A DNA stretch of 64,000 nucleotides, taken from NCBI GenBank assembly GCA_963798285.1, contig CAWCSR010000003.1, positions 1,657,376 through 1,721,375 on the forward strand. The letters are read 5' to 3'. Positions 1 to 8,839 of this stretch are shown one piece after another. The notes under the pieces were generated by a model. The model saw only the letters and a list, made by a program, of their open reading frames with translations. It did no database searches and had not been told where the DNA came from. The stretch is from an uncultured Thermoleophilia bacterium (GTDB taxonomy: Bacteria; Actinomycetota; Thermoleophilia; UBA2241). Position 1 is the first letter of the stretch. The number at the start of each line of letters is the position of its first letter. Position numbers and translations under genes: made by a program.

Positions 1-369
1 GAGACCGAGCGAGGCCTCTCGCGGATCCATCTGGTCGAGCGTCTCGGCGGCGCGCTCCGGCGCCGAGCCGTCAGGGTCGTAGACGTCGCCGAGCACGGCC
101 TCGAGCAGAAGCTCGACCACGCCGGGACCTCGCGACGCGAGCGCTACCTGCGCCTCGTCGACCAGCGGGTACGTCTCGGCGGTGAGCGGCAAGTCGAGGA
201 TGGCGAGGAGCGCTTCGCTGGGCGCGGATCCCTTGAACTCGGAGAGGAACTGATCGATGGATTCGCACGCGTAGTCCTGGTCCTCGCGCGTCCGCGCCTC
301 ACCGTAGGCGTCTGTGAGCTGGCGCGCCAAGCCGATCAGTGCTTCGTCGTCGCTGCGGTAACTCCCCAT
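1..369 (-). CDS. hypothetical protein, N-terminal part only (gene runs off window start)
   Basis: ATG at 369-367 (minus) opens a stop-free frame down to nt 1 (MGSYRSDDEALIGLARQLTDAYGEAR...). Composition is protein-like. It is absent from the ORF track because no stop lies in the window. No family recognised. Confidence 0.4.
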   Translation of the reverse strand, partial: MGSYRSDDEALIGLARQLTDAYGEARTREDQDYACESIDQFLSEFKGSAPSEALLAILDLPLTAETYPLVDEAQVALASRGPGVVELLLEAVLGDVYDPDGSAPERAAETLDQMDPREASLGL

Positions 370-418
370 AGTCGCATGGTACGCGGCGCCGGCCCGGCGG
401 GAAACTCCGCCGGCGGCG

Positions 419-868
419 CTACTCCTCGTCGTCGAACAGCGCCTCGTACTCGCCCAGCCCCTGGGCGGCCAGATCCTCTCTGGGCACGAACCGCAGCGCC
501 GCCGAGTTCATGCAGTACCGCTGCCCGGTCGGCTTGGGGCCGTCGGCAAAGACGTGCCCAAGGTGTGAATCGCTCGCCTTGCTGCGGACCTCCGTCCGCG
601 TGCTGAAGAGCTTGTGGTCATCACGGGTGGTGACGGCCTCGTCACTCAAGGGCTTGGTGAAGCTCGGCCAGCCGCTGCCCGAGTCGTATTTGTCGCGGCT
701 GCTGAAGAGCGGCTCGCCGCTCACCACGTCCACGTAGATGCCGTCACGGTGTTCGTCCCAGTATTCGTTGGCGAAAGGCGCCTCGGTGCCCTCACGCTGG
801 GTCACGTCGTACTGCAGTGGAGTCAGTTTCTCGCGAAGCTGCGTATCGTCATGCTTGCTGTCGCTCAC
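419..868 (-). CDS. msrB: peptide-methionine (R)-S-oxide reductase MsrB
   Basis: 149-aa ORF with the MsrB/SelR signatures GSGWPSF and RYCMNS. GTG start with GGAGG 6 nt upstream. Confidence 0.93.
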   Translation of the reverse strand: MSDSKHDDTQLREKLTPLQYDVTQREGTEAPFANEYWDEHRDGIYVDVVSGEPLFSSRDKYDSGSGWPSFTKPLSDEAVTTRDDHKLFSTRTEVRSKASDSHLGHVFADGPKPTGQRYCMNSAALRFVPREDLAAQGLGEYEALFDDEE

Positions 869-886
869 AGGGGACCTCCCCCGGGT

Positions 887-1336
887 TCAGGTCTGGCGAG
901 TCTTCATCCACTGCTCGTGGGTGGGTACGTTCTCGCCGACCACGTACAGGAAGTAGTAAGCGCCCATGTCGCCGAGATAGCGGAACTCACCGCGCAGCGC
1001 GGCGACGGTGGCATCGAAGTCGCCGTGCGAACGGAGCCAGCCGACAAAGCCGCCGGGCTCTTCGTCCAGGGCGAGCATGGCCTGGGCGTTGGTGATCGTC
1101 GCCTCGATCTTGCGGCGGTTGCGGATGATGCCCGTGTCGGCGACGAGGCGCTCGACGTCGTCATCGGTGAAGTCCGCGACCGTGGCTGGATCGAACCCGG
1201 CGAAGGCGCTACGAAAGCCATCCCACTTGGCCGTCACGACTCGCCAGCTCATGCCGCTCTGGAACACGGCGCGGGTGATCACGTCGAGATAGTCGGCGAG
1301 GCCGGTGGGTTCGATCTGCGTGGGTGCCTGCATCAT
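887..1336 (-). CDS. tag: DNA-3-methyladenine glycosylase I
   Basis: Only the C-terminal 149 aa of the 247-aa track ORF look real (MMQAPTQ...VFQSGMSWRVV...IIRNRRKIEATITNA...). The upstream part is Arg/Pro-rich junk, so the start is set at ATGATG 1336. Confidence 0.85.
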   Translation of the reverse strand: MMQAPTQIEPTGLADYLDVITRAVFQSGMSWRVVTAKWDGFRSAFAGFDPATVADFTDDDVERLVADTGIIRNRRKIEATITNAQAMLALDEEPGGFVGWLRSHGDFDATVAALRGEFRYLGDMGAYYFLYVVGENVPTHEQWMKTRQT

Positions 1337-1422
1337 GGACCCCCGAGTGTGGATGGTACTGCCCACTATTCCCGGCAGGACGGCGAGTCCACGCCTCGGG
1401 CGAGGCGACCGCGCCGGAAGGG

Positions 1423-1812
1423 TCAGTGCAGCGCGGTCGCGTCCTGGCCGACCGGCACGAGCTCCGCGTCGATGAAGGCCTGGACGACCGCGCGGACGGT
1501 GGGCCGGTCCTCGCCGGCGAAGACGCGCATGCCGGCCTGCAGGCAGTTGAGCAGCGGCTGGCGCCCGATGCCGGCGACGATGACCACGTCGACGAGATTC
1601 TCCCCCAGAGTCAGCACCTGCGTCAGGCAATGATCGCCCTTCTGGTGCGGCGGGTTGGGAACGGTGAACGTGTTCACGACCGCATCGTCGACGACGTCGA
1701 CGATGGTGAAGCTCGGGCTGCGGCCGAAGTGGCCGGACCGCGCCGCGTCCAGCCCGCCCGGCAGGTCGGACGGGACCGCCAGCCTGAGGATCTGCCGGTC
1801 GTCGCTGTTCAT
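1423..1812 (-). CDS. NifX/NifB-C-terminal-like (dinitrogenase FeMo-cofactor biosynthesis domain) protein
   Basis: Translation MNSDDRQILRLAVPSD...GHFGRSPSFTIVDV...VVIVAGIGRQPLLNCLQAGMRVF matches the NifX/NafY-type fold pattern. Start chosen at the internal ATG 1812. Confidence 0.6.
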   Translation of the reverse strand: MNSDDRQILRLAVPSDLPGGLDAARSGHFGRSPSFTIVDVVDDAVVNTFTVPNPPHQKGDHCLTQVLTLGENLVDVVIVAGIGRQPLLNCLQAGMRVFAGEDRPTVRAVVQAFIDAELVPVGQDATALH

Positions 1813-1950
1813 CGTCTCTCTCTGTTCATCGTCTGTCTTAGCTCCATCTCTCGTGGAGGGCAAGCCTACACCGTGAGCAGGTGCCTTTCTGGGCCGTGCG
1901 GGCTATCCTCAGATCAAGAGACCGATCACGACGACCCCAGGGGGGCGAGA

Positions 1951-2928
1951 ATGCCGCTCGGCGGCTACTGTACCGTCTGTCAGCGCTGGGTCTGGCTCAC
2001 GCCGTATGGCGAGTGCCAGAACGGTCACCCGGCGCTGGCCGTCAAGGACGTCCAGCAACTCAAGGCGCAGACCGAGCCCGACGTGCTCGTGGGCGAAGTC
2101 ATGGACGAGGGCAAGCCGCGCGCGCGGTTCCGGTGGTGGTGGCGCCACTCCGCGTGGATCCTCTGGACCTTCTCGCTCGGCTTCATGAACTGGCTGGGGT
2201 TCGTGTACGTGGGCATCCGCGCCCGCCACACGCCGTGGATCCTGGCCGGCTTCGCCTACCTCCTGCCGCTGATCCTGACGATCCTGGCCATCGGCACGCC
2301 GCTGATCCAGGCGGCGATCGTGTTGCAGCTGCTGGTCGCGGCCGCGTCGGTGGTGCACGCCCTGTACATCCGTCCCTACTACAGGGCGATCATGTTCGGC
2401 GACGCTTCGCCGCGGTCGCTGCCGGCCGCGCCGCAGCCGCCGGCGCTGGCGGCCGGCGCGCGGCCCACGCTGCCCAGGAACATCGACGAGCGCACCGCCG
2501 ACGTGCTGCAGCCGGCGCGCCGCCAGGTGGACGCGATCCTTCGCACCGCCGGGACCATCGGCAAGCCGGCCGTGCGCGACGAGGTGGTCGGCCTCTGCGC
2601 CACCGCCGACCAGATCATCGCCGAGCTCGCCTCCCAGCCGCGCAAGCTCGACGCCGCGCGCGGCTTTCTCACCTACTACCTGGACGCCGCGCAGCGTATC
2701 GTAGACGGCTACGTGAACCTTGCCAGGCGCGGCGGTTCTGCGCCCGAGATCAACCAGACGCTGGCGCGCGCAGAGGCCTCTCTCAAGGTCGTGCAGGAGG
2801 CCTTCGACCGCCAGCTGGCGAACGTGCTCGAGGACCGCGCGATGGACCTCGACAGTGAGATCGAACTGCTGGAGCGCACCGTCCGTAGCGAGACCATGTA
2901 CACCCAGACGAGCGGGGAGCTGCAATGA
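1951..2928 (+). CDS. XpaC-like (5-bromo-4-chloroindolyl phosphate hydrolysis family) membrane protein with N-terminal zinc-ribbon-like motif
   Basis: The real part of the 534-aa track ORF starts at MPLGGYCTVCQRW...C..GH. It then has hydrophobic helices and a C-terminal helical domain (FLTYYLDAAQRIVDGYVNL) typical of XpaC. XpaC is classically encoded next to TelA/YaaN. Confidence 0.6.
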   Translation: MPLGGYCTVCQRWVWLTPYGECQNGHPALAVKDVQQLKAQTEPDVLVGEVMDEGKPRARFRWWWRHSAWILWTFSLGFMNWLGFVYVGIRARHTPWILAGFAYLLPLILTILAIGTPLIQAAIVLQLLVAAASVVHALYIRPYYRAIMFGDASPRSLPAAPQPPALAAGARPTLPRNIDERTADVLQPARRQVDAILRTAGTIGKPAVRDEVVGLCATADQIIAELASQPRKLDAARGFLTYYLDAAQRIVDGYVNLARRGGSAPEINQTLARAEASLKVVQEAFDRQLANVLEDRAMDLDSEIELLERTVRSETMYTQTSGELQ

Positions 2929-3083
2929 GCGGTCTGCCTGCGGGGGCCCGCTCGTGTACGCCGGAAGAGGAGGCGTCATGAGCGGTCTGCCTGCGGGGGC
3001 CCGCTCGTGTACGCCGGAAGAGGAGGCGTCATGAGCGGTCTGCCTGCGGTGGCCCGCTCGTGTACGCCGGAAGAGGAGGCGTC
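2925..3083 (+). repeat. 53-bp tandem repeat x3 at the xpaC-like/telA junction
   Basis: ATGAGCGGTCTGCCTGCGGGGGCCCGCTCGTGTACGCCGGAAGAGGAGGCGTC starts at 2925, 2978 and 3031, with one G>T change in copy 3. Each copy carries GGAAGAGGAGG plus ATGAGCG. The telA start at 3084 begins with the same ATGAGCG. Confidence 0.95.
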
Positions 3084-4290
3084 ATGAGCGACGACATCCA
3101 GAAGCAGGACGAGCCGCAGACGGCGACGCCCGACACACCGGCAGTGCCCGATGTCCCGGCGGTGCGGGAGGCGCCCGCCACCGGCGGCGACCAGCCCGCC
3201 GCCGGACCGCTGTCGCCGACCGACCTGCAGCGAGTCGCCGAGATCAGCAGACAGGTGGACGTGAGCGACGCGCAGAGCGTGCTCGCCTACGGCCTCCCGG
3301 CGCAGAGCCGCATCGCCAACTTCGCCGACTCACTGCTCGGCGACGTGCGCAACAAGGACGCCGGCACCGGCGGCGAGGCCCTGCAGGACCTCCTCAAGAA
3401 GGTGCGGGAGATAGACGTCGACGCGCTGAGCGCCGGGAGCGGCAAGGCCAAGATCCCGATCCTCGGCCGTTTCGCCAACACCTTCGAGCGGTTCTCGACC
3501 CGGTACCAGAAGGTCGCGACCAGCATCGAGAAGATCATCGACTGCCCTCGAGCGCTCGCGCATGGCCCTGCTCAAGGACATGACGGTGCTCGACAAGATG
3601 TACGAGCTCAACCTCGACTACCTCAAGCAGCTGGACGTGTACATCGCCGCCGGCGAGCAGGCGCTCATGGAGCTGCACACGGTCAGGATCCCGGCGCTCG
3701 AGGCGGAGGTCACGGCCAGCAACGACGTCATGGCCGCGCAGAAGCTCGCCGACCTGCAGCAGGCCGCGACCAGGTTCGAGCGCCGCATCCACGACCTCAA
3801 GCTCACGCGCATGATCGCCATCCAGTCGGCGCCGCAGATCCGCCTCATCCAGAGCAACGACCAGAACCTCGTCGAGAAGATCCAGAGCTCGATCCTCACG
3901 ACCATCCCACTGTGGAAGAACCAGATCGTCATCGCCATCAGCCTGTACCGGCAGCAGAAAGCGGTGGAGCTGCAGAAGCAGGTCACCGACACGACCAACG
4001 AGCTGCTGGCCAAGAACGCGCAGCTGCTCCGCGAGGGCTCGGCCAAGGTCGGGCGCGAGGTGGAGCGCGGCGTGGTCGACGTCGAGACCCTGCAGAAGGT
4101 CAACGCCGACCTCATCGCGACGCTCGAAGAGACGATCAGCATCCAGGAGGAGGGCCGCGCCAAGCGGGTGGAGGCCGAGGGCGAGATCGGGCGCCTGCAG
4201 GTCGAGCTCAGGCAGAAGCTGCTGGAGCTCCGCTCACAGGCGCCCCAGATCGGCCCCGTCGACGAGTCGCGGCGGCTGACGGACTACTGA
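3084..4290 (+). pseudogene. telA: TelA/YaaN-family toxic anion resistance protein, frame disrupted near 3543
   Basis: The N-terminal 152 aa (MSDDIQKQ...SIEKIID) lie in the 3060 frame. The remainder (LERSRMALLKDMTVLDKMYELNLDYL... to stop 4290) lies in the +1 frame. Deleting one base at about 3543 restores IEKIIDALERSR. Confidence 0.85.
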
Positions 4291-4351
4291 GCCGAGGAGC
4301 GTCCGATCGGCACTGGCGCGCGGCGGTCGCTGATGGTCCAGACCGGTTCCA

Positions 4352-4828
4352 TCAGTTCAGCCGCCAGATGCCGGCGTTGAGGTAGGCGGCGAAGCTCACC
4401 CAGCCGAGGTACGGCAGCAGCAGCGCGCCGGCTGCCGGGCGCACGCGCCAGAACGCACTGATGGTCGTTAGGATGACCAGCCAGAGGGCGACGATCTCGA
4501 GCAGCGCGACCCCGATGCGGTGCTGCCCGAAGAAGATGAGCGACCAGGCGAAGTTGAGGGCGAGCTGCGCTGCGAAGAGCCCGAGCGCGAGGGCCGACTG
4601 CCGCGTCAGGCCTTCGCGCCACACCAGCCACGCGGCGACGGCCATGAGCAGGTAGAGGAAGGTCCACGCCGGGCCGAAGACCGCCGGAGGCGGCGTGGCC
4701 GGCGGCTTGCGCAGGCTGTCGTAGTACGTGGCGAAGTCGCCGCCCGCCGCGAGCGCGCTCAGCCCGCCCACGGCTTCGGTGCCCAGCACGGCGACGGCCA
4801 AGCCGATGATGTCGCGGCGTCCGATCAT
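4352..4828 (-). CDS. tspO: TspO/MBR family tryptophan-rich sensory protein
   Basis: 158-aa five-helix membrane protein with Trp-rich motifs (FGPAWTFLY, NFAWSLIFF, LLLPYLGWVSFAAYLN). Confidence 0.9.
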   Translation of the reverse strand: MIGRRDIIGLAVAVLGTEAVGGLSALAAGGDFATYYDSLRKPPATPPPAVFGPAWTFLYLLMAVAAWLVWREGLTRQSALALGLFAAQLALNFAWSLIFFGQHRIGVALLEIVALWLVILTTISAFWRVRPAAGALLLPYLGWVSFAAYLNAGIWRLN

Positions 4829-4909
4829 GGGCGGTTCCTACCCCGAGCGCCCCGGGCGCCGGCCGTTGGCCCCGGTCACCGAGCTCGGCTCCTCCGCTGT
4901 GACAAGCGC

Positions 4910-5440
4910 TCAGACACGCTCCAGGAGCGCGCAGTGGCTGAGCCTGATGCGCAGCCGACCTGCAGGGCGGAAGCCGACCGCCTCGGCCGCGGCAAGCGTG
5001 TGCGCAAAGACCGCCCGGACCACGTGGCCCTTGGGCTCGGCGAGCAGGAGCCGCGCTCCGCTCCGCAGCAACTCGTGGGTCTCTCGCAAGAACCGCCACT
5101 GATCGGGCACCTCGTGCACCATCCAGAAGGCGAGCGCGAAGTCGGCCCGTTCGCCGTCGAGCCCGAGCGTGCCGACCTCGCACCGGTGCAAGCGGATACG
5201 CGACGCAAGGCCCTTCCGCTCCGCTCGCGCGCCGACCTTGCCCAGAATGGCCTGCTGAAAGTCGACGGCGATCACGGAGCCCTCATCGCCGACCATCTCG
5301 ACCAGCGGGAGCGTGAAGAAGCCGGGTCCGCAGCCGAGGTCCACCGCCGTATCTCCCGGGCTGACAAGCCCCCCAAAAATGTGCACCGGATCGGTCATGA
5401 GACGCCGGGATCCACCGTCGGCGTCACCGCTGCCCGCCAC
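4910..5440 (-). CDS. class I SAM-dependent methyltransferase
   Basis: Motif I VDLGCGPGFFT, followed by AVDFQ and LLLAEP. Alternative start at 5398 (MTDPV). Confidence 0.8.
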   Translation of the reverse strand: MAGSGDADGGSRRLMTDPVHIFGGLVSPGDTAVDLGCGPGFFTLPLVEMVGDEGSVIAVDFQQAILGKVGARAERKGLASRIRLHRCEVGTLGLDGERADFALAFWMVHEVPDQWRFLRETHELLRSGARLLLAEPKGHVVRAVFAHTLAAAEAVGFRPAGRLRIRLSHCALLERV

Positions 5441-5510
5441 CGGCCCCCCTGCTAGACTCCGGTGAAGAAGCCGAACGCTGGCGGCTCCGCACAGCTATCA
5501 GGAGGATCCC

Positions 5511-5921
5511 ATGGCCGACGTCCACGCCCCGTACAAGGTCGCCCACATCGATGACCTGCCGTTCGAAGAGGGTTCGTCGCCGGGCACGGAATGGAAGCCC
5601 GTCAGGCGCATCTTCAGCATCGGCTCGTTCGGAACCGCCGTCGCACGCGCCACCAAGGCGGGCGACACGCTGACCCACGATCACGACGAACTCACGGCGC
5701 GTCACGAGGAGCTCTTTCTGATCGTCAGCGGCCACGCCACCTACCGGGTCGACGGCGAGGAGATCGACGCCCCGGCCGGGACCTTCCTCTACGTCCCCGA
5801 TCCGGCGACCGTACGTGGCGCCGTGGCGGTGGAGGCCGGAACCACGATGTTCGTCGTCGGGGCCGAGCCCGGGGCGGCGTTCACGCCATCGGACTGGGAC
5901 ACCGTGCCGCTCCCCGAGTGA
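5511..5921 (+). CDS. cupin domain-containing protein
   Basis: 136-aa ORF with a cupin beta-barrel pattern (HDHDELTARHEELFLIVSGHATYRVDGEE...AGTFLYVP). Confidence 0.7.
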   Translation: MADVHAPYKVAHIDDLPFEEGSSPGTEWKPVRRIFSIGSFGTAVARATKAGDTLTHDHDELTARHEELFLIVSGHATYRVDGEEIDAPAGTFLYVPDPATVRGAVAVEAGTTMFVVGAEPGAAFTPSDWDTVPLPE

Positions 5922-5967
5922 AGGGCGCGGGCGGCCGGACCTCGTCCCGCGCTGCGCGAACGGACAG

Positions 5968-6501
5968 TCAGTCCTTGTCGGCCTCGGCCAGCAGGTCCTG
6001 GAGGTCGAGCGGCTCGACCACCATCGCGTAGCTGCCGTCCGGGCCGACCGGCCACTCGTCGCGGGGCCGGTCCCGATACAGCTCGATGCCGTTGCCGTCG
6101 GGATCGTGCAGGTAGATCGCCTCGCTGACGGCGTGGTCCGAGGCGCCGTCGATCGGATACCGGCGCTCGATCAGCGAGCGCAGCGCGCGCGCCAGCGCCG
6201 GGCGCGACGGATAGCGGATGGCCACGTGGTACAGACCGGTCGTGCCGCGCGGCGGCGGCGAACCTCCGCGCGACTCCCACGTGTTGAGGCCGATGTGGTG
6301 GTGGTAGCCGCCGGCCGAGACGAACGCGGCCTGGTCGCCGAGCCGGCCCGTCAACTCGAACCCGAGCACGCCCTGGTAGAAGCCCAGGGCCCGGTCCAGG
6401 TCGGAGACCTTGAGGTGGACGTGGCCGATGTCGGTGCCGGCGTCGAGCGTCGGGGGGTCGAGCTTCTGAGATTCTGGTCTGGTCGCCATGATCTGCTCCA
6501 T
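5968..6501 (-). CDS. VOC/glyoxalase family protein (extradiol dioxygenase-like)
   Basis: IGHVHLKVSDLDRALGFYQGVLGF...YHHHIGLNTW...LYHVAI...EAIYLHDPDGNGIELY. Start at MEQIMATR (6501 or 6489). The upstream part of the track ORF is junk. Confidence 0.85.
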   Translation of the reverse strand: MEQIMATRPESQKLDPPTLDAGTDIGHVHLKVSDLDRALGFYQGVLGFELTGRLGDQAAFVSAGGYHHHIGLNTWESRGGSPPPRGTTGLYHVAIRYPSRPALARALRSLIERRYPIDGASDHAVSEAIYLHDPDGNGIELYRDRPRDEWPVGPDGSYAMVVEPLDLQDLLAEADKD

Positions 6502-6535
6502 GGGTGTCGGAGTGAGTGATGGGGACGCCGGTCGC

Positions 6536-7048
6536 TCAGGCGTCGATATCTTCAGCCGCGAGGATCCTGTCCAGACCGGAGCGGATGTTCGCGGCTTCCC
6601 GCGACCCAAGGTGACGCCACAGATGATCGACCAGTCCCGCGCGTAGCGCAGGAGCGGCCTCTCGCAGGGTCTCGCGGCCCCGCTCGGTGAGCCCGGCGTA
6701 GACCACACGGCGGTCATTCGCGCACGGCGCCCGCTCCACCAATCCCCTGTCCGACAGTCTGTCGATCAGGCGAGTGGCGCCGCTCTTGCTGAGAACCAGG
6801 GAGCGGCTCACGTCCGCCATTCGCAGCCGCTGCTCGGGCGCTTCGGACAGACGCATGAGAAGCGCCACGTCCTCAAGCGCGAGTGCGTGCTCGGGCGCCA
6901 GGTCGGCCGCCACGGACGCGCGCACGCACTCCGTGACGCGGATCAGCGAGGCCCACAGCTCGAGCGCCTCGCGCTCGGCTCCTTCTCCGGCGCCCTCCCT
7001 GCACTCTTCCGGCGCCTGCACCTCCTTCACCTTCTCCGCGCGTTTCAT
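6536..7048 (-). CDS. MarR family transcriptional regulator
   Basis: Winged-helix core LMRLSEAPEQRLRMADVSRSLVLSKSGATRLIDRLSDRGLVER...DRRVVYAGLTERG. Confidence 0.88.
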   Translation of the reverse strand: MKRAEKVKEVQAPEECREGAGEGAEREALELWASLIRVTECVRASVAADLAPEHALALEDVALLMRLSEAPEQRLRMADVSRSLVLSKSGATRLIDRLSDRGLVERAPCANDRRVVYAGLTERGRETLREAAPALRAGLVDHLWRHLGSREAANIRSGLDRILAAEDIDA

Positions 7049-7068
7049 CTCGGCTCCGTCCGGTCAAG

Positions 7069-7088
7069 ATAATTGTACTTGCAATTAT
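7069..7088. promoter_or_regulatory. candidate MarR operator (inverted repeat ATAATTG-N6-CAATTAT)
   Basis: A perfect 7-bp inverted repeat in an AT-rich island between divergent MarR (6536-7048) and the DUF5996 gene (7138). Confidence 0.5.
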
Positions 7089-7137
7089 TGTGCGCACTAC
7101 TATTTCGATTGAAACCACTTCGTGAGAGGCGAGCGCG

Positions 7138-8067
7138 ATGACCAACAACGACAGATGGCCGGAGCTTCGGTACGAGGACTACAACGACACCCGCCAGACA
7201 CTGCACATGTACACGCAGGTGATCGGCAAGATCCGCCTGGCGCTGACACCGCCGCTGGCTCAGTGGGCGCACGCCCCGCTGCGGCTCTCGGCCGATGGCC
7301 TCACGACCACACCGCTCTGGGTCGGCAACGGCGCCGTGACGGTCGACATGGACCTGGTCCGTCACGAGACGCGCTTTGACCGGAGCGACGGGCGCCGCGA
7401 GCTCGTGAGGCACGGCACGTCAGTCGCCGACTACTACCGCGGCGTGCGGGCCGCTCTCAACACCCTCGGCGTCCCGGTCGCGATCAACCCCGTGCCCCAG
7501 GAGGTCTCCGAGCCCATTCCCTTCGACCAGGACACGACGCACCACATCTACAAGCCGGAGCAGGCCAACCTCATCTGGCAGACGTGGATCCGTGTGGCCT
7601 CCGTCTTCGACCGGTACGCGAGCGGCTACTGGGGCAAGCAGGCCACTCCCGGCTACTTCTGGGGCGGCGGCGACTTCGGCATGACGCGCTTTTCGGGACG
7701 GCAGGCGCAAACGCCGCTGGGGGTGCCCAGGATCATGGCCGGTAGTCTCGACGCCGAGTCCCTCACCCACACCTTCATGCTCGGGAACGACCAGGCGCCG
7801 GCACCGGCCTTCATGGCCATGGCCTTCCCGCAGCCGCCCGGCATCGAGGCCGCGGGCGTGGAGCCGGCCGAAGCCGCCTGGATGCAGGCGCCCGGCATGC
7901 CCGGCGTCTTCGCGCTCGGCTACGACGCGGTCCGGACATCCCCGGACCCGCGGGCGACGCTGCTTTCGTTCCTGCGCAGCACCTACGAGGCCTTCGCGGA
8001 GACCGGCCGCTGGGACCGCGAATCGCTCGAGAAGCGGCCGCCGAACCTCACCGCCAGAGCGGCCTGA
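7138..8067 (+). CDS. DUF5996 family protein
   Basis: 309-aa ORF. LHMYTQVIGKIRLAL and FWGGGDFGMTRFSGRQA match my memory of the conserved DUF5996 blocks. Not verified by search. Confidence 0.6.
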   Translation: MTNNDRWPELRYEDYNDTRQTLHMYTQVIGKIRLALTPPLAQWAHAPLRLSADGLTTTPLWVGNGAVTVDMDLVRHETRFDRSDGRRELVRHGTSVADYYRGVRAALNTLGVPVAINPVPQEVSEPIPFDQDTTHHIYKPEQANLIWQTWIRVASVFDRYASGYWGKQATPGYFWGGGDFGMTRFSGRQAQTPLGVPRIMAGSLDAESLTHTFMLGNDQAPAPAFMAMAFPQPPGIEAAGVEPAEAAWMQAPGMPGVFALGYDAVRTSPDPRATLLSFLRSTYEAFAETGRWDRESLEKRPPNLTARAA

Positions 8068-8101
8068 GCAACAGAAACCAGTCACACCAAGGAGCGCCAT
8101 C

Positions 8102-8743
8102 ATGAACATCGCGATCATCGGAGCCGGGAACGTGGGCAAGGCGCTCACGGGGTCGGCCGTCAGGACGGGGCACAGTGTCACCGTGAGCTCGGCGAACGGC
8201 GAGTCGGCGCGCGCGCTGGCACAGGCAACGGGCGCACGGGCCGCCGCATCGGGCCGTGAAGCCGCAGAGGGAGCAGAACTCGTGATCCTGGCCGTGCCGT
8301 ATACGGCGATGCCCGACGTGCTCGGCGAGATCGGCCCCGTCCTCGACGGCAAGGTCGTCGTCGACGCCACCAACCCGCTCAAGGCCGACTATTCGGGCCT
8401 GGCGACCGAAGGCACCTCGGGCGCCGAAGAGATCCAGGCCACGGTGCCGGGCGCTCGCGTCGTGAAGGCGTTCAACACCGCACTGGCGGCTCAGCAGGCC
8501 GACCCCAAGGTAGCCGGCGGGCTGCGCGCCGACGGCTATGTCGCCGGAGACGACGAGGAGGCCAAGGCGACCGTGCTCGGCCTGGTCGAAGCCATCGGCT
8601 TCAACCCCGTGGATGCGGGCGGCCTGGCGATGGCTCGCTACCTCGAGGGCATGGCCTGGCTGAACATCTCCCTGCAGATGAAGCACGGCTGGAGCTGGCA
8701 GTCCAGCTGGAAGCTCGTCGGGCCGGACGGCGACGCCGCCTGA
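8102..8743 (+). CDS. NADPH-dependent F420 reductase-like NAD(P)-binding oxidoreductase
   Basis: N-terminal Rossmann motif MNIAIIGAGNVGKAL. Also VVVDATNPL, VVKAFNT, YVAGDDEEAK and GFNPVDAGGL, as in the NpdG/F420-oxidoreductase family. Confidence 0.8.
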   Translation: MNIAIIGAGNVGKALTGSAVRTGHSVTVSSANGESARALAQATGARAAASGREAAEGAELVILAVPYTAMPDVLGEIGPVLDGKVVVDATNPLKADYSGLATEGTSGAEEIQATVPGARVVKAFNTALAAQQADPKVAGGLRADGYVAGDDEEAKATVLGLVEAIGFNPVDAGGLAMARYLEGMAWLNISLQMKHGWSWQSSWKLVGPDGDAA

Positions 8744-8784
8744 CACGAGACAGACCCGACAGACCTCGACGCCGAGCGAGCGAA

Positions 8785-8819
8785 GAGGGCGGGGATGCCG
8801 GAAGCGCAGCCCCGCCCTC
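8785..8819 (-). terminator. GC-rich hairpin downstream of MFS gene (likely intrinsic terminator)
   Basis: GAGGGCGGGG-N15-CCCCGCCCTC, a perfect 10-bp stem. It lies 20 nt after the minus-strand stop at 8840, between convergent genes. Confidence 0.5.
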
Positions 8820-8839
8820 TCATCGGTTCCGGGCCGGCC

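Noticed and set aside
614-1633. Long ORFs in alternative frames or on the opposite strand throughout the track (e.g. 614-1633, 15362-17098, 17699-19636, 21996-23636, 47570-49006, 54928-56892, 8820-10631).
   Set aside because: Their translations are Arg/Pro/Gly/Ala-rich with no recognisable domains. They overlap ORFs with clear family signatures. They are the expected shadow ORFs of very GC-rich DNA, where stop codons are rare in all frames.
2925-3083. The 53-bp x3 repeat as a possible CRISPR array.
   Set aside because: The copies are directly adjacent with no spacers. There is no palindromic repeat core and no cas genes in the window. It is a tandem duplication of an intergenic/RBS segment.
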